Below the pieces are notes generated by a model. That model saw only the letters and a program-made list of their open reading frames with translations. It did not search any database and was not told where the DNA came from. A stretch of 64,000 nucleotides of DNA, from contig JBESAV010000001.1 in NCBI GenBank assembly GCA_041242255.1, positions 256,001 through 320,000 of the forward strand. Reading direction: 5' to 3'. Each line of letters starts with the position of its first letter. Position 1 is the stretch's first letter. Both the position numbers and the translations under genes were made by a program. Below are positions 58,487-64,000 of this stretch, piece after piece. The DNA comes from Candidatus Altimarinota bacterium (lineage in GTDB: Bacteria > Patescibacteriota > Gracilibacteria > UBA1369 > GCA-2718715).

Positions 58487-59104
58487 ATGGAAGATTTAAC
58501 TTCAAGGCAAGAGCAGGTCCTCAACTTTATTGAGGATTACCAGCTCGACCACGGTAAGTCACCCACTATCCGTGAGATAAAAGAGTTTCTAGATGTATCT
58601 TCAGATAATAGTGTTTTAAAACATCTTAAAGCTCTAGAAAAGAAAGGCTACATAGAAAAGGACGATACCCCTAGAGGTATCAAGCTCCTAGAGAGCATTA
58701 AGCAAAAGTTATCCGCAGAGACTTTCTCCATACCTCTACTAGGTTTCATACCAGCCGGTGGTCCTGTAGGAGCTGAGGAATATGTCGAAGATTATGTAAC
58801 ATTAGATACATCCAATATCAAAAATCCAACCAAGTGCTTCATGCTTTCCGTAACAGGTCAAAGTATGATCGACGCTGGTATCTTCGAAGGTGATCTTTTA
58901 GTTGTAGATTCTTCACGCCAACCCAAAGTAGGAGATATAGTTATTGCTTTAGTTGATAATGAAAATACTGTTAAAAGACTTATTCAAGACTCAAATGGTA
59001 ATTTCTTACTCAAAGCAGAGAACAAAGACTACAACGACATTATCCCAGTAGAGGAACTACAAATCCAAGGAGTCGTAGTAAGCCTCCAAAGAAGTTACTA
59101 CTAA
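58487..59104 (+). CDS. lexA: SOS repressor LexA
   Basis: LTSRQ, PTIREI and HLKALEKKGYI motifs; Ala-Gly cleavage site (IPAG); catalytic GQSM and TVKR. Confidence 0.95.
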   Translation: MEDLTSRQEQVLNFIEDYQLDHGKSPTIREIKEFLDVSSDNSVLKHLKALEKKGYIEKDDTPRGIKLLESIKQKLSAETFSIPLLGFIPAGGPVGAEEYVEDYVTLDTSNIKNPTKCFMLSVTGQSMIDAGIFEGDLLVVDSSRQPKVGDIVIALVDNENTVKRLIQDSNGNFLLKAENKDYNDIIPVEELQIQGVVVSLQRSYY

Positions 59105-59213
59105 AATACATTTCTAACCCAACCAACATGTTCTTATTATTATTTCTTGAAAGCTTAAAGCCAATACCTCAAAGAAGAGATATTCGTACAGATCTTCATT
59201 ATTACCGTTTAGC

Positions 59214-61784
59214 TTAAGGCCTTAAGGTATCGATAACATCCTTTAAATACTGTAGACTTTGTAGAGGAGTAGTCTCATTTATGTTGATATCCTTCATCAT
59301 TGCCTGCAGTTTTATTAATTGTTCGTTTTTATCATCAAACAAGCTAGTTTGTGTTTTATCATAGTTGTTTAAGCTTTTATGCTCACGATTTTTCTGATTC
59401 ATAAATTCTCGCATATAATCTTTACTTCGATTAATCACATCTAATGGCACTCCTGCACTTTCTGCAACCTCTATCCCATAACTTCTATCTATTCCACCAG
59501 GTACTATCTTGTGTAAGAAAATAGGTTTGCCATTATCATCATGAGTAACCGAAATAGAAAAGTTACTTACTCCTTCTATGTTCTCTGCATGCTCAACAAG
59601 TTCATGGTAGTGTGTTGCAAATAAGGTCCTACCTTTTATTTGGTTATTCAAGAAATCTGTTATTGATTTAGCCAGACTCAAACCATCACTCGTCGAAGTA
59701 CCTCGACCAACTTCATCCATAATAATCAAGCTTCTTTCGGTAGCATTGGTCAGTATGTAAGCAGTCTCAGTCATCTCCACCATAAATGTACTTTGGCCTC
59801 TACTTAGGTTGTCTGATGCCCCAACTCTAGAATATATTTGATCAACCACTCCAATTTTGGCTAAACCAGCAGGAACAAATGAACCAATTTGAGCCAACAG
59901 ACAAATCAAAGCATTTTGCCGTAAAAAAGTCGATTTACCACCCATATTTGGTCCAGTTATTATCTGCACATTACAATCACCACCAAACTCACAGTCATTT
60001 GGTATAAATTCATGTTTACCAACTATCTGCTCAATAACCACATGACGTCCATTCTCAATCTCTAAAATATTCTCCTCTACAATCTCTGGTTTACAGTAGT
60101 TTTGAGCTTTAGCTAATTCAGCAAATGAAAAGGTAACATCCAAAAATGAAATCACTTCAGAGCATTTCTGAATCAATGAATCAAATCGCTTCAATTCATC
60201 AAGTAAATCCATATACAAATTATACTCTAGCTCTCTAACTCTATCTTGAGCGTTTAAAACCTTCTCCTCATATTCCTTGAGCTCAGGTGTAATATATCTC
60301 TCACTGTTAGTCAGAGTTTGCTTTCGTATAAAGTAATCAGGAACCTTATCAACCTTTCCTTTTGATACTTCGAGATAATAACCAAAAACCTTATTAAAGC
60401 CTAGTTTTAGCGTACTGATATCATTTTTCTCAGATTCTTCTCTTTGTATTTTCAACAGATAATCTTTTCCGTTCTTTAGTAAATCCCTTAGCTGATCGAC
60501 CTCATCATTAAAACTATCCACAAAAATACCACCTTCACGAATACTAATTTTAGCATCTTCAGACTTAATACATCCCAGTTTTTCTATCATTTTATCAACC
60601 AGAGGAAGCTCATTCAGCTTTTGATCCATTAAAGAGTTCCACCAGATGAAACCCTTCATTTCATTAATTTTCTCAAGAGAATGTCTGATCGCAATCAAAT
60701 CTTTCGGAGAAGCAGTCAAAGCACAAATTCTAGCAAACAGTCGATCTAAATCATAAATTCCCCTCAAGGTGTCGCTAAGTTTCTCAGTTTTATCCATGCT
60801 AAGATCCATAAAAACTTCCACCATATTCTGCCTTTCATTGATTAATTCAATATTCTTTAAAGGCCTCAGCAGCCAACTTCTGAGCTTTCTTCCACCCATA
60901 GCAGTTTTCGTATAATCAATTTTACCGACTAAGCTATTTTCTTTAGAACCATCCATCAAAGTATAAAAAACCTCCAAGTTCATCAAACTAGACTTATCCA
61001 ATTCAAAGTAGTCATCTGACTCACCAAGAGTAATCACCTTTTGTATTGCTCCAAGATTAAAGCCAATCACATTTTTTAGATAAGCTGCAGCAAGCACACA
61101 CGGCTTCAAAGCTTCTTCATCATTTATAAAACTGATTTTTTTATCAAGAGCTTCCAACACTTCAGTAGAGTCCTTAACCAAATAGCGACTTATTAGTACT
61201 CCCTCAAGATTTTTCGAAAAACTATAGAACTCAGGCAAGTCATATAGCTCAGACTGCACAACTATTTCTTTAGCAGTATACTTCACAATAACTGCTTCTA
61301 GATCATCAAAGCTTGAAATGTTCCTTAAAAAAATTTCACCAGTAGAAATATCAACTATACAAGATCTGAGGTCTCCAATCTTTCCATCTAATACTACTAA
61401 AAACTGATTTTCCTTAGCTTCAAGATTTAACTCACTAGTGTTTGTGCTCGGAGTTAAAACCTGTTTAACCTTTCTTTCTACAATTCCTTTAGCTTTAGGA
61501 TCAGAAACCTGCTCGCAAACAGCCACTTTTTTTCCTTTTTGATTAAGCTTAGCTATATAACTTTCAGCTGAATGATAAGGAATACCACACATTGGCAAGG
61601 CATCTTCACCTTTAGACCGAGAAGTTAAAGTAATATCAAGTATACCAGCTGCTTCAACTGCATCATCACCAAACATTTCGTAGAAATCCCCAAGTCGAAA
61701 AAACAAAATACAGTCTTCATACTCAGACTTTATCTCATAATATTGCTTCATCATTGGGGTAAGCTTTTTTCCTGTAGCAGCCAT
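59214..61784 (-). CDS. mutS: DNA mismatch repair protein MutS
   Basis: TPMMKQY, GDFYE, GPNMGGKST, STFMVE, DEVGRGT and ATHYHEL motifs; ATG 61784 preferred over TTG 61808. Confidence 0.97.
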   Translation of the reverse strand: MAATGKKLTPMMKQYYEIKSEYEDCILFFRLGDFYEMFGDDAVEAAGILDITLTSRSKGEDALPMCGIPYHSAESYIAKLNQKGKKVAVCEQVSDPKAKGIVERKVKQVLTPSTNTSELNLEAKENQFLVVLDGKIGDLRSCIVDISTGEIFLRNISSFDDLEAVIVKYTAKEIVVQSELYDLPEFYSFSKNLEGVLISRYLVKDSTEVLEALDKKISFINDEEALKPCVLAAAYLKNVIGFNLGAIQKVITLGESDDYFELDKSSLMNLEVFYTLMDGSKENSLVGKIDYTKTAMGGRKLRSWLLRPLKNIELINERQNMVEVFMDLSMDKTEKLSDTLRGIYDLDRLFARICALTASPKDLIAIRHSLEKINEMKGFIWWNSLMDQKLNELPLVDKMIEKLGCIKSEDAKISIREGGIFVDSFNDEVDQLRDLLKNGKDYLLKIQREESEKNDISTLKLGFNKVFGYYLEVSKGKVDKVPDYFIRKQTLTNSERYITPELKEYEEKVLNAQDRVRELEYNLYMDLLDELKRFDSLIQKCSEVISFLDVTFSFAELAKAQNYCKPEIVEENILEIENGRHVVIEQIVGKHEFIPNDCEFGGDCNVQIITGPNMGGKSTFLRQNALICLLAQIGSFVPAGLAKIGVVDQIYSRVGASDNLSRGQSTFMVEMTETAYILTNATERSLIIMDEVGRGTSTSDGLSLAKSITDFLNNQIKGRTLFATHYHELVEHAENIEGVSNFSISVTHDDNGKPIFLHKIVPGGIDRSYGIEVAESAGVPLDVINRSKDYMREFMNQKNREHKSLNNYDKTQTSLFDDKNEQLIKLQAMMKDININETTPLQSLQYLKDVIDTLRP

Positions 61785-61906
61785 GAATTTCACAGATTTA
61801 TAATTCAATCACAACTATGAACTAACAAATAATCGAAGTAAAGTTCTATCACTTAAAAGTATTAGACATTCCCCAAAAACTCCCTCAAAATATTCAAAAA
61901 CAATTC

Positions 61907-63676
61907 ATGCAAAAAATCCAAAAACTCCCAAACGATCTCATAAACAAAATAGCGGCCGGTGAAGTAGTAGAAAGACCAGCTTCAATAGTAAAAGAGCTAA
62001 TAGAAAACTCCCTAGATGCGAAAGCCACACAAATCACAATAATCTTAGAAGAGGGAGGTATAAATAGAATAAAAATAATAGATAACGGTCTTGGGCTAGC
62101 TTCTGACCAACTTCCGCTAGTCTTTGAAAGACATGCAACTTCAAAAATAAACTCACTCCAAGAACTAGAAAATAACTCAAGTTTAGGGTTTAGAGGTGAA
62201 GCACTAGCCAGTACAGCCTCCGTAGCCAAAGTTACCTTCCAAAGCTTCCCAGAAGGGCAAAAGTCAGGTTATCAGATTGACCATAACGGTGAGATCAAGC
62301 CAGTAGCAATAACTAAAGGTACTCACATCGAGATCAGAGATCTATTTTACAACGTACCAGTCCGAAAAAAATATTTAAAAAACACTTCAACCGAGTACAA
62401 ATACTGCCTAAAAGTCATCCAAGAGTATGCACTCTGTCACCCAGAGGTAGCTTTCACTCTTGAACATAACCAAAAAGAAATATTTAGTTATTCCTCTACA
62501 GATAGAATAAATCGAATCACCCAAATCCACGGATCAGACTTTTCAAGCAAGCTTTTACCAGTTTTCTACTCAGGTGCAGATCTAAAGATTGAAGGTTTTA
62601 TTGGAAAGCCCGAGTTAGCAATATCCAAAAAACCAACTCAACACTTTTTAGTAAACGGAAGACCAATCAAAACTAACACTTTCAACTACTCAGTTAAACA
62701 AGCCTTTGGATCCCTAATTTTCCCACAAGAAAAGCCTCAGTTTTTTCTATGGTTAGAGTTAGACCCCAAAGATGTTGATATGAATGTCCACCCTAGAAAA
62801 ATCGAGGCACGTTTCCATTTCGAAGGAATAATTTTCCGCAAGATAATCCGAGCAGTCAAAGACGCCCTCCAAAAAAATGACCTCACCAAAAAGCTAAACC
62901 TCCACAAATCATCAGCTGAAAGCTTTATCCCAAAACCAAACTACAGCACCAGTAAGCACCAGTCTCAATCAATTAGTTTTCCTTCTCATAAGTCTTATAA
63001 CATTCAAGGGAGTAAAGGTTCTTTGATAAATTATTTCAACCAAAACCACTCTCAAAATAGACCAACTCAATCTCTTTCTGACCAAACCCAGAAACCAACT
63101 CTAATGCCTTTAGTCCAAATAGAAAATTCTTACATTCTCTGCCAAAGCCCAAGCGCTCTGGTTATTATCGATCAACATGCAGCACATGAACGCGTTCTTT
63201 ACGAAAAATTCAAAGCCGAAGCAAATTCACAGGAACCAAGATCTCAAGAGTTACTTACACCAATCCAGATCCAATTAAGCTCAACTCAGATTGAAACCCT
63301 AAAGCATTCCACAGAAACTTTCCAAAAGATTGGGTTCAACATATCTGTAATAGGTGAAAATCAAATAGCAGTAACATCCATACCTTTAAAGTTTAGCAAT
63401 AACGACTTAGACACGGTTATCCAAAGCCTACTCAATGACATTGAAGATAATTCTGACTTCCAGAACTTATCTGATATAGAAGATATTGTTATAAACTATG
63501 CCGCCTGCAGGGGAGCCATAAAGTTCGGCCAACCACTCACAAAAGATGAAATGATAGCCCTTATTCAAGAAATGGAAAAAATCCAACATAAACAATACTC
63601 ATGTCCTCATGGGAGACCATCCAAAATAGAAATAACTTTTCAAGACCTCGAAAAGCAATTTAAGCGGACTAAATAA
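61907..63676 (+). CDS. mutL: DNA mismatch repair endonuclease MutL
   Basis: IAAGEVVERPAS, KELIENSLDA and GFRGEAL motifs; the endonuclease motifs DQHAAHER and CPHGRP indicate the MutH-independent type. Confidence 0.97.
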   Translation: MQKIQKLPNDLINKIAAGEVVERPASIVKELIENSLDAKATQITIILEEGGINRIKIIDNGLGLASDQLPLVFERHATSKINSLQELENNSSLGFRGEALASTASVAKVTFQSFPEGQKSGYQIDHNGEIKPVAITKGTHIEIRDLFYNVPVRKKYLKNTSTEYKYCLKVIQEYALCHPEVAFTLEHNQKEIFSYSSTDRINRITQIHGSDFSSKLLPVFYSGADLKIEGFIGKPELAISKKPTQHFLVNGRPIKTNTFNYSVKQAFGSLIFPQEKPQFFLWLELDPKDVDMNVHPRKIEARFHFEGIIFRKIIRAVKDALQKNDLTKKLNLHKSSAESFIPKPNYSTSKHQSQSISFPSHKSYNIQGSKGSLINYFNQNHSQNRPTQSLSDQTQKPTLMPLVQIENSYILCQSPSALVIIDQHAAHERVLYEKFKAEANSQEPRSQELLTPIQIQLSSTQIETLKHSTETFQKIGFNISVIGENQIAVTSIPLKFSNNDLDTVIQSLLNDIEDNSDFQNLSDIEDIVINYAACRGAIKFGQPLTKDEMIALIQEMEKIQHKQYSCPHGRPSKIEITFQDLEKQFKRTK

Positions 63677-63688
63677 AGCACTTTCAGT

Positions 63689-63773
63689 TTGACTAATCAA
63701 AGTAAAGCGTCTAATATCCACTCACTTTCTGCTCTAGGCAAAGCCTCGGGCTAATCATTTAACCAAAGAAAGC
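63689..63773 (+). promoter_or_regulatory. rpsF promoter and structured leader
   Basis: TTGACT-17 nt-TAATAT. In the leader, CTTTCT (63725-30) can pair with AGAAAG (63767-72) around the hairpin GCTCTAGGC-AAA-GCCTCGGGC. Confidence 0.6.
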
Positions 63774-64000
63774 ATGAAGTACGAATTAATGTACATTTTG
63801 TCTCCATCTCTTACGGAGCAAAAAAGAAACAAGTCAATCAAGCAAATTGATGATATCCTAAAAGAAAACAAAGCTGAAGTTTTCCACGTAGATGACTGGG
63901 GTAAAAGAGACCTAGCCTACACTATCAAAGGAAACAATGAAGCTTACTACATCATTTACTACTTTGACGTAAAAGATGCCTCTTTCTTACCAGAACTAGA
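63774..64000 (+). CDS. rpsF: 30S ribosomal protein S6, 3'-partial (absent from the supplied ORF track)
   Basis: Manual translation: MKYELMYILSP...DDWGKRDLAYTIKGNNEAYY; runs off the window end. Confidence 0.93.
   Translation, partial: MKYELMYILSPSLTEQKRNKSIKQIDDILKENKAEVFHVDDWGKRDLAYTIKGNNEAYYIIYYFDVKDASFLPEL

Noticed and set aside
1131-62229. Many short (60-153 aa) ORFs in the track that are antisense or out of frame within long genes (e.g. 7196-7585, 46116-46511, 52951-53379, 57874-58335)
   Set aside because: They are nested in well-supported genes and have no motifs; they are shadows of codon bias or low complexity
1-64000. Genetic code 25 (TGA=Gly) as in Gracilibacteria/Absconditabacteria
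   Set aside because: The Gly-rich ORF of about 2800 codons has no in-frame TGA. TGA ends crtE, znuC, tal and the ABC permease exactly at ATGA junctions.

Overview
A gene-dense, AT-rich bacterial chromosomal segment with about 48 CDS and 2 tRNA-Ser genes. It has no rRNA, CRISPR array, transposase or integrase. Genes lack Shine-Dalgarno motifs, often overlap, and include giant acidic surface proteins, a stand-alone ComEC beta-lactamase domain and ETGP-type anchors. This suggests a Patescibacteria (CPR) genome, possibly Peregrinibacteria-like (inference). TGA is used as a stop, so the code is 11, not 25. The housekeeping and repair backbone is dnaJ, miaA, recJ, uvrA, murA, argS, mscL, gpmI, pcrA, tlyA, tal, tkt, sodA, yebC, lexA, mutS, mutL and rpsF. 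Main points of interest: (1) a crtE-crtB-crtI-lyeJ operon predicting acyclic C45/C50 carotenoids, with no cyclase or CruF; (2) two tandem GGTG-N10-CACC palindromes over the lexA promoter, a candidate non-classical SOS box; (3) a Zur-boxed znuACB operon translationally coupled to a MazG-Nudix-DNPH1 nucleotide-hydrolase triad; (4) pcrA with no canonical start codon upstream of its Q motif (probably ATT); (5) a multi-promoter, structured leader before the S-layer gene; (6) an oxidoreductase-DedA fusion in reversed order; (7) a foreign-looking gene between gpmI and tRNA-Ser. All calls come from reading motifs by eye; no database searches were run.
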